Shown in pieces: positions 29,301 through 35,930 of a stretch of 64,000 nucleotides of DNA (position 1 is its first letter; each line of letters starts with the position of its first letter). Origin of the DNA: Candidatus Obscuribacteraceae bacterium (lineage in GTDB: Bacteria > Cyanobacteriota > Vampirovibrionia > Obscuribacterales > Obscuribacteraceae); assembly GCA_044226015.1 (NCBI GenBank), contig JBGAHS010000005.1, positions 32,001-96,000 of the forward strand, written 5' to 3'. The notes below the pieces were generated by a model that was given only the letters and a program-made list of their open reading frames with translations, searched no databases and was not told the DNA's origin. The position numbers were made by a program, and so were the translations under genes.

Positions 29301-30255
29301 TGCACCTGGTTCAACAGCTGCAAGCCACGCAATTGTTCCTTCACTTAAATCCAACGCTCTGTCTCTAAGTTCTGTAGTGCAGCCATCAGCAGTAGTACAA
29401 GGTTCGCCGCAATCCAACAATTTGAAATTCACTACATTCAATACCGCATTGCCAATGTCTCAAGTTCAAAGTGGCTTGTGGAGCGCTGCAAGTTTGAGAG
29501 ACATGACGCCGATTTCCTCTACCGCTTCGTCGCGTTTTGAAACTGATGTTGTCGAAGCGAATGTAGGAGCCGTCCCTTCATATTTTGATGATGTGATACC
29601 GGCAGTCGTCTATTCAGACACTGAGTTGGGAATCAGTTCTGGGTTGAGCTCTGAGCTTCAGCATGTTCATGCTACGGTTCTAAAGGCGGGACAGTCAGCT
29701 TTAGAGGCATCTCTAAGCAGAAATGAGGGTGTTCGAGCCATCAAGGTTAAGGATGCTTGTGCTCTGATTGCTCCTCAATTTGATAGTGTAGTGGAGACCA
29801 AATTTGGTCGAGTAAACATTGACGCTGGTGCACTCGTTTTACTCATTCAAAATGCGAACGGTTTAGCAATATATGACTTGGATGATGCACACGGAAAGTC
29901 TGTCTCATTGACACAGAATGGTCAGACCCTGCATCTATATCCGGGACTTGGCGTGCTGCTAAGCAATTCTTCGCGAGCCACTTTTGAAGAGTCGAATGCT
30001 GCTCAAGCTTTCTGCTATCGTGATATCAAATCACACGCATTCGGTGCTGGGCTGAAAGTGTTTAGTGCTGAGTTTTCAATTCCTTCGGCTATTCGTTCGG
30101 TTGCTCCGCTGAAGCAGCTGTTTGCTTCGAAGCAGCAGAGCGCTAAGCGTGTCTCCTCTCATTTGCTGAAGACAGTCGCTGCTAGCCAGCAAACTCGTAA
30201 AGGTGATAGGTTCCAACCTGCTCTGAAGAATACGAAGACTGCATTTCTGCATTAG
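17332..30255 (+). CDS. giant (~4,300 aa) secreted beta-helix / filamentous-haemagglutinin-like surface protein
   Basis: signal peptide ending AEA; G/S/T/N/A-rich GGxVxLxA repeats throughout; non-repetitive ~220-aa C-terminal domain; GGAG RBS favours ATG 17332 (track start 17317). Confidence 0.85.
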   Translation: MTKRAGFLRRSNKRGVSKKTLTALSLLSLFAQCSAAEAQVHTGGATRPGSKDNTPLISGENLTGSQIAQQLNSGSKYFKLQTTTPIVGDLVIPKGVTLVNMVAASTSILNVTGNLIDSGKLVFRASSPLIDQANLAASNVVVNPGALISSLNNLNLNIHALNNIVNAGTISSAANLNLTAGGSIVNALPAGVTGAAPLMQAAQNLNLITGSGIITNSGVISAMSGNVNIAAVTASQSLKIDNVLGSIQAANAINVRDALYTGFGNLNLSGGDLISQTLNLNSGKGTVDVIANNITGVINVSACNAHIGALASPELKLGVLNVSDDPTYFNTGGDVSINSNISTNGTDLAILASGNVSINKATIDTSGAGNAGNLLIVAGAELSGAASGQVDNDTTTNITIANGAGSGGGSKSGGNVLIDSASSISTKGSSNGNGGSVQIFAYSGDTNAGSVQVNNSIQTGGNGTGKNGNVTIIAPGAANGDAINVSSISTQGSTALSATGTITLTAGSPTITGGNISVLNGTPSGGTFIAGSIGAGNIVTNGALSTNGSGVQLATAGKIIVGGNVQTDAEASQFNQNAGAIALLAGGDISASGKTQLAFTSTSFNSGADMTLLAGVALSADNTSASKVIATGASSTGGNIDFGNANGGPGATFNTATGKATFGNSGNFRAMAFNGGIGNKGHIELLTGATSVNTGSPSNQDFSGSINLIAGANSGVGISSGNLDSRQGNGNPNSGTINLQTATPQITASITFTNGKPGASSYSVGTTQASSIVVGSITSPGGSITVNSGTSTTLNGSINVLPIAPFSAPNVTLTSVGALTVLGGSSGQIKVNGALSGSNPSGIINVSASNIVVSGTGPWLVNADAQAGTANGGKVTITQTGSGGLTIGTSTTGNNIQVSAIGGTTGGNGGIVNLNSGGNLVVDPVAVTASPAGVGTGKGAQFAFSAGTAGSGNLNISGSLNANSTNTGDGGSISLTSNSSSAFLVNGNKVNFVNGTLSANAGTAGNAGSISIFNNGTGGVTLSNPADVTATAGIGGNGAKIDIESAGPVTIGSGLLSADPQGAGAGGSIVLIGSSVLLPTTGGGLLASTGSGTITVRALTAANTNINTINFLSAKSIELISDSGSFTLGANTINASSSAALVTKSNITSLTGIASVPNLTLVSTGGNIGVDGDTGRLSVSAANVTLKAFGSVWVTDSSAGDGNGDINFQDSVVAGTPYVNGAANTFSFFASGISPGKSIKSAGGVAILANDLDISSTGGLSLAGAITVTNTAAFISNDSILSSSVASLSSNAVVLFATGTGASIGADVNNRVTVKASTVTASATDGSVFLKVNSTGDVSGNINLVNAKVGSNQITNSAKDTFSLFAIGISSGNVLASAGVSASDIVITSTGGIAGTLTGGNSVALISTNSLSSSVSVSAPNVVLAATGTLSSIGTDSGVGRFKVSGATNLTLNAPGFASVWVTDTASGSVNLVDATVEGSSFTNKAGQTFSLVANIPSGSSLVTKAGVGVTATDIDLSSSGGIALAGNTVGTSSVALVSNDSILTLTGVTAPILLLAATGSSSSVGTSSLSRLTVNAESITLSAPAGVFVRDTSAGDLFGNINLVNATVNGTKYTNSSNGVYSLVADGIGIGNIDINAGSTVSGDSVNFTSTGGIANSGTITATTNAAFVSNNSITSIGSVSSSSLTLAATGVGSKIGVDANNRLTVSAATLTAFGNAVFITNTSKGDSNGNVTLTSASVNGVLYDNATGAGAFSINANGIASGKNLIVASGKFVNSPFEIVLKSSGGVSIQGILSASDISLISSDSINNSSLTGLLGCTHLTLVATGSKSSIGSSASPLQLNHSGLTAQALNGSVFIDDSTTGDGSGNLNLLNATVEGVSYENKAGTTWSLFANNIAAGKSVVSASGVNITAPAVQLYSGGGYKLAGNIVASTSAAITCDDSILASSLTGKVTTPSLTLYVYDSTSDIGTSSASRLTVDAASLSLFGRNVWVSDVSAGDANGNVNLINGTAFGSSSFVNSATATYSLIVSGIASGHSVKSAAGVNVNGAAVELQSSGGFSMSGDITATASIALVALDSIPSLGNVSAPVVVLAVTGSGSTVGKSGAPLSIDAGSFTFSAPNGGSVLVNNVSTGVIAAVDSSAFGSPYTNTAGNTYQLAAGSATIVSITGADVSAANVNLASGGDMDVTGAHIKANNIDLAAGNTLTITDNAITAQSNAVDGSGGSVTVSAGSIVGALNSTITLTANGKDNSSSPAGGFVNVTQASSFSVGSGKGEFTLAANAGQGVSDIAKGGNIALAVSGGTANSITIDPAFMSLKSGKAGGSGGSLSLISTGAIVFPTSSSIDVSASGTGSFSGGTVLMSADKITFNAAQKLSISANAASSGDGGSIQVSSTGAASSLSVGNSAGQFSLSAKAGSTSGNGGSVQVVSGGSLVFSSVGVSVDASAGGGNGGSVSMTATGALTLSESSYNYDGVGNGSGGFVHFEGGSISSSNLTISARSGTSGSGSGGAIEYKVNGSSDIAIDTPTGLNLIASGGSVASITGAGGRVSVTTAGKISVNPAAIKVAPLGTNGNGGTIQLSGSTISKVGGGRLDLSVAGVGAGNGGTLTLTQSTTSAQSVGSSASSNFSLNANAGSGGGIGGTIEINTGGNLTVDPAGLSILASSPNTTELASGGTLILASGANLFISGNLSASSAGKNASSIGGSITLQSKSATAFLIGNGTINGIKGTLSVNGVSNNGTINVSNKGGGVSDNQASMNAQFILLSTGNNGNLLINGALGGASTQQVTLHSNGKGTVTSAQSIQSAVVRVTGDSGNVSLTKLNVSKATDISVENSASSNITITGVIDKSQTASTLTVSGISIGNLVNVSTVGNLAVGNVVGNVVTLKSTGTTNQTLSVSAPVSATTGDIILSAPGNITLSGNLNAAGSVKVNTSSGDISSSAPMKAGAKGSVALVATKGSISASDDLSAGVKVSLSALKGSVTLASVGQNASTPALEVNSLNSIVNNGLITVTNTVSEKTTGTNASITVNEDMLVTAAAGTLLLNTSGSGSDINTAVNHDLSAGKSISIIASKGNLGIDSNLGSNSSTLSTATLTGLGVVTVNGSISGLSTTKVGITATATTGDVNIGSGVDLSAGGVIYAISGADVSLNVSSNIGSNTVPLALSAKTSLTVVSPSLVNLKNTAAASPAAPFTLNSSSAGSSFKLLATGSFVSKGVSSPTVDLTGANITLDGNVGGVGSTSVSLTATGTGSITNKSGVISVDSSKGAVTLNSGSGAIGGSSAIQVNTPVLNIASLGDVKVNNSGAAALTVNTPTSTSKSFTVSSNGAMVIASNVPNASSIILSTVNGNITLQGNLGKSSTTSINLSAGGSGAIVQNGKTIQAVGVVLASNSTDIGTVGTPFVVAASKTIQVNAGGTGNVILVNSGTAPLTLNTSSAGASFDFSTASNLTAGAVSAGSGSSIKLTTTGTNHSILIAGAVGNAGVNSIELTATGTGTITKSGAAAILHSDSVSLKSGSGNIGTATGGVLIEDAATLVVSTGGKALVNVTGTVDLTSNNLTVSALSTFGTGAVTISSQAGLTVPGISTAGNITLSTTNNGALTVSGNLTSTAAAGVISLLAEDAGTITQSGVSLFKAATINMKTGANGTIGTNLKSLQIDATNISASSTGTGLVNLTNNRSTATTLNSSSSGSGGFVLNTASLVTTIKGISTAPGDITLSASNGSFVMGGTVGSPSANSINITATNGSITQSGSSAIQGASVNLSVSGASSSVGTAAAVNVNTPSLAASTSPSGTGSVNLNNTFTGASVLSNSNAAAAFTLKSAGTSTSLNSILAGNGSVAGNIAITAAKGTLQTLPGAVLASTGGFLTLTNSDKTAGNIIIGAGSQLSTSGPSGKNVSILIGSTTTTVGPVPTNVNYTVDGKPVSSGSLPPNTFIFGSNGINVTNQSTVDMNVLGGAKVIFNTGTRPASAITVDGSGTTTHTVITADPPVVVAPGSTAASHAIVPSLKSNALSLSSVVQPSAVVQGSPQSNNLKFTTFNTALPMSQVQSGLWSAASLRDMTPISSTASSRFETDVVEANVGAVPSYFDDVIPAVVYSDTELGISSGLSSELQHVHATVLKAGQSALEASLSRNEGVRAIKVKDACALIAPQFDSVVETKFGRVNIDAGALVLLIQNANGLAIYDLDDAHGKSVSLTQNGQTLHLYPGLGVLLSNSSRATFEESNAAQAFCYRDIKSHAFGAGLKVFSAEFSIPSAIRSVAPLKQLFASKQQSAKRVSSHLLKTVAASQQTRKGDRFQPALKNTKTAFLH

Positions 30256-30469
30256 AACTCAGGCACATGCGTTTACGTTTGGAAATCGATTTTTCGCCAT
30301 ATCGAGTTAAGGACAAACCGTACTCGATGCGTCTTCAGTTGTAGTTGCAATCTTGTATCCGTATTGAACGAAATCATCAAGAGCGAATTATTCCGAGCTC
30401 TCAAGCATCAGCTCTCGTTAGCAGGTCAGTTGTTGTTAAAAGGATGTAGTCACTGCTTGGAATGACTGT

Positions 30470-31930
30470 TTACTCACTGGTGATAGTGTCGCCAAGTTTT
30501 GGTCGCTCAGCGCGAATTCCGAACTCAGCATTTACTTTCCTTGTTAATTCATCAATGGGAAAGCTCTCGCCGTGTGTGAGTACAATGCGACAGCCATTTC
30601 GAGCCATTGCTTCCATCCACCGCAGCAATTCTGACTGTCCAGCGTGAGCACTGAAGCCCCCTAGTCCTCTCACAGAGGCTCTCACGTGAATTGTCTCTCC
30701 ATGGATTTTTACGGTCTCTGCACCTTCGAGTAGTCGTCGTCCAAGGGACCCCTTTGATTGATAGCCAACAATCAACACTGTGGTTGTTTCATCCACCAAA
30801 TTGTGTCGCAGGTGGTGCAGTATTCTTCCCGCGTTGCACATTCCTGCTCCTGCCAAAATCACACAGGGACCACTGATATCGTTCAGTGCTCTTGATTGTT
30901 CTGAAGTTTCGCTGAGCCGCAGCGTTGTAAGGTCTTTTATGAAATGCTCTTTTGAGCGTAAAGCGAATGCTTCCTCATCCATTAGTTCGGGGTGATTTGC
31001 ATACAGCATTGTCGCTGCGATTGCCATTGGGCTGTCCAGGTAAATTGGCACCGCAGGTAGTGCACCACTTCGGAATAGCGCTGCGAGATGATAGAGGATT
31101 TGTTGGGCGCGGCCGACAGCAAATGTTGGAATGAGTATTTTTCCATTTTCATTAACAGCTTTCGTGATGAGTTCACTAAATTCTCTTATGGTGTCAGGAA
31201 GGCTTCGGTGATTTCTATCTCCGTATGTTGACTCAACAAACGCAATATCAGCTTCAGGAATTATGCTGGGGTCACGAACTATTGGTGTGTCCCATTGACC
31301 TATGTCGCCAGAGAACACAACTCTAGTAGTCTTGCCGTTTTCGGCTATTTCTAATTCGATACTTGTTGAGCCAAGAATATGCCCAGCTTCCCAAAATCGG
31401 GCTGAAATTCCTGGGGCTACGTCGATCCATTTTTCGTATTCAACGGCTTCAAACTGCTCAGTTATTTGTTCTACGTCTTTGAGAGTAAAAAGAGCTGAGA
31501 CCGGTTTCAATCCCAGGCGGTGTCTACTTTTATTTTCTCGCTCAATATCATCATGTTGTATTTTTGCTGCGTCTCGTAATATTAGATTGCTTATTTCGAT
31601 GGTGCCCTGCGTAGCGTAAACAGGGCCGAAGTAGCCTGCGCGTTTAAGAAGGGGAATTCTTCCACAGTGGTCGAGATGCCCATGTGTGAGTAGCACCGCG
31701 TCTAGCTTCTCCACTGGAATTGCCGACGGAATTCGATTTAGCTTTTCAAGTCGCTCTGAACCCTGAAACATTCCGCAATCGACGAGAATCCTTGCAGCCT
31801 CAGTTTCCACCAAATAGCAAGAACCTGTAACTTCGTAAGCTGCTCCAAGTATTGTTACGCGCAATCTGCTCACCTCTGTAGTTGGATTATACAACCCGAG
31901 TGGAAACTTTAATTCAGCCATGAGGATCAT
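30470..31930 (-). CDS. MBL-fold metallo-hydrolase, beta-CASP family (probable RNase)
   Basis: VTGSCY, LVDCG, THGHLDHCG, AGHILGS, FSGD, ESTYG, FAVGRAQ, FSAHA, LTHGE. Confidence 0.92.
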   Translation of the reverse strand: MILMAELKFPLGLYNPTTEVSRLRVTILGAAYEVTGSCYLVETEAARILVDCGMFQGSERLEKLNRIPSAIPVEKLDAVLLTHGHLDHCGRIPLLKRAGYFGPVYATQGTIEISNLILRDAAKIQHDDIERENKSRHRLGLKPVSALFTLKDVEQITEQFEAVEYEKWIDVAPGISARFWEAGHILGSTSIELEIAENGKTTRVVFSGDIGQWDTPIVRDPSIIPEADIAFVESTYGDRNHRSLPDTIREFSELITKAVNENGKILIPTFAVGRAQQILYHLAALFRSGALPAVPIYLDSPMAIAATMLYANHPELMDEEAFALRSKEHFIKDLTTLRLSETSEQSRALNDISGPCVILAGAGMCNAGRILHHLRHNLVDETTTVLIVGYQSKGSLGRRLLEGAETVKIHGETIHVRASVRGLGGFSAHAGQSELLRWMEAMARNGCRIVLTHGESFPIDELTRKVNAEFGIRAERPKLGDTITSE

Positions 31931-32052
31931 TCCGTGGATTAATGCTCTACCTCTTGCGGCGGATGCGTTTGCGGCTATTTGGTGTCAGAATTTCAGGTAA
32001 ATAGCACAGAGTGAGAAGTCGAGGCACTTAACAAGTTCCTGGGTGGTGAAGT

Positions 32053-33096
32053 ATGACAATGAAAGTAATAGTTTCTGTGGAAGACCCTTTTTTCGGGGCA
32101 TCCATCGTGAATTTCGTGAAGGCTCATGATTGGGATGCCGACACAGAGTTTCATGTGCTTAATGTTATTGAGCCTTACATCACCGACACTAGTAATCCTG
32201 CGCTAGCTCAGGCGCCCTTGTCCAGGCTTTTTGCAATTTCCGAAAATCAAGTCTTAGAAGTGGCAAGCAAGTTGCTGACTGGAGTAGCGGAAGGTATTGC
32301 GAATAAGTTTGGAAACAACACTATCGTTACCAAAGTGATTAAGGGTCATATTGTTGAAGAGATTCTGGCGTATGCGAAGTCGATTGATGCGCAGCTGATC
32401 ATTGCTGGATCTCATGGTAGAAGTGGCTTCCGGAAGATTTTTCTAGGAAGCGTATCGTCAATGCTAGTTGCCGAGGCAAAGTGTTCGGTTCTTTTGATCA
32501 AGCCCGATGCATCGATATTAGAAACCTGGGAAAGAGTCGTGAAGTCCACAGAGGATGTGGAAATACTTAAGCAGCTGAATTGGGAAATGGAGCAGCGTGG
32601 CTCAACAAGAGTAATGCTTGCGCTTGATGAAACACCACTTGCTGACGATATCGTTGATTTCGCGTTAAAGCACCGCTGGAGTTCGAACACTCATTTCAAG
32701 CTGCTTTCGGTTGTGCGCAATCCGTCGCAGAGTCTTTTCCCCAGCTCCCCAGCTCTGGAGGAATGGTATGAGGATGCTAGAAAAGTCAGGCAAAATAGTT
32801 TGAGACGGCTCGCTCTCAGGCTGCGTGACCAATATCATTCGCCTCATATCGAAGAGGATTTGGTCTCCGGTGATCCGAAACAGGCCATAGTTGAGGCTGC
32901 TAGATTGTGGGGCGCTGACCTTGTTATATTAGGAAGTAGATATCATCGTTCATTCCATCGACTCGTGCTTGGAAGCGTTTCTTTGTCTGTTCTATGCAGC
33001 GCTCCGTGCTCTGTTCTTGTATTGAAAGAGAATGCCACTCATTTTTCAGCAAGCTTAGAGGAGCAGGATAGAGAAACCGCGTCTGCTCAATACTAG
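32053..33096 (+). CDS. tandem universal stress protein (two USP domains)
   Basis: LIIAGSHGRSG...LGSVS...AKCSVLLIK and LVILGSR...LGSVS...APCSVLVLK. Confidence 0.9.
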   Translation: MTMKVIVSVEDPFFGASIVNFVKAHDWDADTEFHVLNVIEPYITDTSNPALAQAPLSRLFAISENQVLEVASKLLTGVAEGIANKFGNNTIVTKVIKGHIVEEILAYAKSIDAQLIIAGSHGRSGFRKIFLGSVSSMLVAEAKCSVLLIKPDASILETWERVVKSTEDVEILKQLNWEMEQRGSTRVMLALDETPLADDIVDFALKHRWSSNTHFKLLSVVRNPSQSLFPSSPALEEWYEDARKVRQNSLRRLALRLRDQYHSPHIEEDLVSGDPKQAIVEAARLWGADLVILGSRYHRSFHRLVLGSVSLSVLCSAPCSVLVLKENATHFSASLEEQDRETASAQY

Positions 33097-33467
33097 TCTT
33101 CATAATCTACCGCGGCTCGGTATCATTTGAGCTGCAGTTTGTTTCGGCTTGAAACTTTTTATCAGGTGAGCTGACAATCTGCTGAATTCACTTGCACCAC
33201 ATTTGATGGCAGAGGCTTCAGCTCTGCGATTTGCCAGAAGACCTGGAATATCGTCATCCTAGAGAGCATTTTTCGAATGGGGATTGTCAGTGTACTTTTC
33301 AATTGATAAAGAGACTCTCGTGCGGTTGAAAAAAACACAGACATTAAAAAGAATCACGGCAGCCACACGTAATTGCCGTGTTGTTTCTTTTTGTCTGCTT
33401 GGCATAATCGCTTACGAGCATGTTTTGGGTTAAGCCATGCTCGGGTAAAGGGTTGGGTTAATTTGGG

Positions 33468-33869
33468 TTGGTGAATATGCCTTTTGAAGATTTGAACCGA
33501 AGCAAATCGTCAGCTGCTCAAGATGAAGTGGCTCGTCAGATTTTGCAAGAGGAAGCTCAGAGAAGTTTCGATGACAAGCCTCGTTTGAACTTTACGTTGA
33601 GACAATCTCCTGAGGCAATGCCTCACGTCTACGGACCTGTCAAAGACCAGGATCTAAACAGAGACTTCGATACTGCATATCGTGCAAAGCAGCTTCCAGA
33701 ACCAGGTACCAGGTCTGTTCGCGAAGTGCGGGACCAATTTATCGATAACATAATTCCAGGATTTGGCAGGATAGAATCGAAAGACGAAAGTTGGCGATTC
33801 GATTATTTGGACCCCAGTAATTGTGATTCCAAAGCGCAAATAGGGCTTTGTTTTAAGATCAAGCGTTAG
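33468..33869 (+). CDS. hypothetical protein
   Basis: ~130-aa ORF (likely start MPFEDL), no recognised motif. Confidence 0.55.
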   Translation: MVNMPFEDLNRSKSSAAQDEVARQILQEEAQRSFDDKPRLNFTLRQSPEAMPHVYGPVKDQDLNRDFDTAYRAKQLPEPGTRSVREVRDQFIDNIIPGFGRIESKDESWRFDYLDPSNCDSKAQIGLCFKIKR

Positions 33870-33974
33870 CGCAAGTTGAGAAGAAAGAGAATAAGATGCG
33901 TTCTTTTTGTGTTTGGAGAGCGGCATATTTGCTTGCTTTTAGAACGAACTGTAGTGTGAGAAAGAGAGATCGTG

Positions 33975-34170
33975 GACAAGATTGCCAGAGTGAATAGGGC
34001 TTGAGACTGGATTGAGAGCGTGAATGAGACTGAATTGAGATTGAAAGCTTGAATGAGACTGGATTGAAATTTAAAGCTTGAATGAGAGACAGTGATTTAG
34101 ACTGAGCGCGTTATTGATAGAACAGAGTGAATGAGGGTTACAGTAAGTGCGTGACTGGGAGAGTGAGCCG
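33975..34170. repeat. degenerate purine-rich minisatellite, copy 1
   Basis: several AG(C/T)(G/T)TGAATGAGA-type units. Confidence 0.7.
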
Positions 34171-34206
34171 TCAGGCTGTTTCCCTTGTTTTGGCTTTCGC
34201 TGAGAA

Positions 34207-34413
34207 TTACCATTTGCTGAGTGCGTAAGAAACTTGGTCATCGAGAAGTTCGCCGAAAACATCATTCAGGCAGCCATAGCTTTGTGTTTCAGGAGCTTTA
34301 ACTGGCTCAACGAATGTTTGGGGAACGCGAACTACTGGGAGGCTGGCTTCTGGTTTGACGTTTTCTGTTTCGTTTGCTGAAGTGAAACCGAGCTTTTGAA
34401 ATAAAGTGAACAT
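34207..34413 (-). CDS. 68-aa small protein, copy 1 (MFTLFQKLGF...GCLNDVFGELLDDQVSYALSKW)
   Basis: GGAGA RBS 9 nt before ATG; frame, length and stop conserved with copy 2, differences mostly synonymous or conservative. Confidence 0.75.
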   Translation of the reverse strand: MFTLFQKLGFTSANETENVKPEASLPVVRVPQTFVEPVKAPETQSYGCLNDVFGELLDDQVSYALSKW

Positions 34414-34768
34414 TGTTTTGCATCTCCGTGACGTGTCATTTCCAACGCTTATAACTATAGTTTTGGAATGTTCCACTCCTGTCCTGGAAATGTCCTCATT
34501 TTGTCTCTGACCAAAATGCAAGCAGGATAAGCCTTTCAATCATTCGAAGGGCTGGGGATCACTCATTCGGACCCGAGCCCTGACACTATTTGCCTGCGAT
34601 CTCTCGGAAATCCTGGCTGATTAGTCGGTAACGATTGAGTTTTTACTTTTTTTCGCCACAGTTCTTCTTTTTGTGCGCAGAGCTGATCGATTGGCTGCTC
34701 TTAGAACGAACTTTAGCGTGAGAGGGAAGCGAGTGGGTGAGATTCACCTGGGGGCGCCTGCTTCCAGC

Positions 34769-35186
34769 AGAGCGTGAATGAGAGTAGCGGAGTGAGAGCG
34801 TGAATGAGAGTGGCGGAGTGAGAGCGTGAATGAGAGTGGCGGAGTGAGAGCGTGAATGAGATTGGCAGCGAGAGCGTGAATGAGACTGGCAGCGAGCGTG
34901 AATGAGATTGGCAGCGAGAGCGTGAATGAGAGTGGCAGAGTGAGAGCGTGAATGAGAGTAGCGGAGTGAGAGCGTGAATGAGAGTGGCAGAGCGAGAGCG
35001 TGAATGAGAGTGGCAGAGCGAGAGCGTGAATAAGATTGGCAGCGAGAGCGTGAAGGAGAGTGGCAGAGTGAGAGCTTGAATAAGATTGGCAGAGTGAGCG
35101 TGAATGAGATTGCCAGAGTGAGAGCGTGAATGAGAGTGGCAGAGTGTGAATGAGATCGGCAGCGTGAGAGTGTGAATGAGATTGCG
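34769..35186. repeat. minisatellite, ~17 units of 20-26 bp, consensus AGAGCGTGAATGAGAGTGGCAGAGTG
   Basis: units counted by eye; head-to-tail, no unique spacers. Confidence 0.95.
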
Positions 35187-35208
35187 TTGATTTAGCTTTC
35201 GCTGAAAA

Positions 35209-35415
35209 TTACCATTTGCTGAGTGCGTAAGAAACCTGGTCATCGAGAAGTTCGCCGAAAACATCATTCAGGCAGCCATAGTTTTGTGTTTCAGGAGCTT
35301 TAACTGGCTCAACGTAGGTTTGGGGAACGCGAACAACTGGGATGCTGGCTTCTGGTTTGACGTTTTCTGTTTCGTTCGCTGAAGTGAAACCAAACTTTTG
35401 AAATAAGGTGAACAT
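35209..35415 (-). CDS. 68-aa small protein, copy 2 (MFTLFQKFGF...GCLNDVFGELLDDQVSYALSKW)
   Basis: GGAGA RBS; 4 amino-acid differences from copy 1 (L/F, L/I, F/Y, S/N). Confidence 0.75.
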   Translation of the reverse strand: MFTLFQKFGFTSANETENVKPEASIPVVRVPQTYVEPVKAPETQNYGCLNDVFGELLDDQVSYALSKW

Positions 35416-35693
35416 GTTTTGCATCTCCGTGCCGTGTGTCATTTCCAACGCTTATAACTATAGTTTTGGAATGTTCCACTCCTGTCCTGGAAATGTCCTT
35501 ATTTTGTCTCTGGCCAAAATGCAAGCGGAATGAGACTTTCAAGGATTCCAAGGTGCGACGGTCATGAAAGGATTTGACACTATTCGCCTGCTGCTCTTGT
35601 TGGGAGAAGCAAAAGCAAGCGAAGCGCTATCGGTTCGCGTTAGAGAAAACTGCGGGGGATTTTGAGCGGAGCAAAGGAATATATAAATGGAGG

Positions 35694-35722
35694 TTGACAC
35701 ACATACGTGAGTATGGTATGTT
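35694..35722 (+). promoter_or_regulatory. sigma70-type promoter
   Basis: TTGACA (35694-35699), 17 nt spacer, TG-n-TATGTT (35717-35722). Confidence 0.65.
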
Positions 35723-35729
35723 TTGTATC

Positions 35730-35930
35730 AAGGATTGCTCCAGACGAGCTCAAATCTGGAGAGGTCTTTTCTGCGGATCATGCCAAAAGTGCGGGTCTGA
35801 GAGCGAGGGCCGACAAGGACTGCCTTGTGTGGTTTGTGTCGGGGATGGAGCCCCCCTTCGCGATTCTCAGGTCCGCTAGAAGAACAGTTTCAAAACCCGG
35901 CCGGATTAGAATAGCGATTTAGCAGCCCCA
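35730..35930 (+). ncRNA. candidate structured ncRNA, ~200 nt, 6S-RNA-like rod
   Basis: nested stems GGAUUGCU/AGCAGCCC, AAUCUGG/CCGGAUU, GCGGGUCUGAGA/UCUCAGGUCCGC, GCGAGGG/CCUUCGC, CCGACA/UGUCGG; G-U pairs form only on the + strand; promoter directly upstream. Confidence 0.55.

Larger units (their letters stand above)
33939..35591. repeat. tandem segmental duplication: copy 1 ~33939-34597, copy 2 ~34701-35591
   Basis: shared left marker TTAGAACGAACT (33939, 34701), near-identical ~330-bp core, shared right marker TGACACTATT(T/C)GCCTGC (34581, 35575). Confidence 0.9.

Noticed and set aside
17724..29441. Many minus-strand ORFs inside the giant gene
   Set aside because: Antisense shadows caused by Gly/Ser/Thr/Ala codon bias
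17332..30255. Classical autotransporter, RTX or CdiA toxin
   Set aside because: No terminal barrel signature, no GGxGxD repeats, no VENN or toxin-immunity pair, no TpsB adjacent
34713..35267. CRISPR array or 184-aa repeat protein
   Set aside because: Units are contiguous with no unique spacers and no cas genes; unit lengths shift frame, so the ORF is incidental
35550..35800. Group II intron starts (GTGCG at ~35553 and ~35789)
   Set aside because: No domain V/VI and no reverse transcriptase in the window
35574..35922. ORFs 35574-35879 and 35707-35922
   Set aside because: Cys-rich, implausible composition; both overlap the promoter; the RNA structure explains the region better
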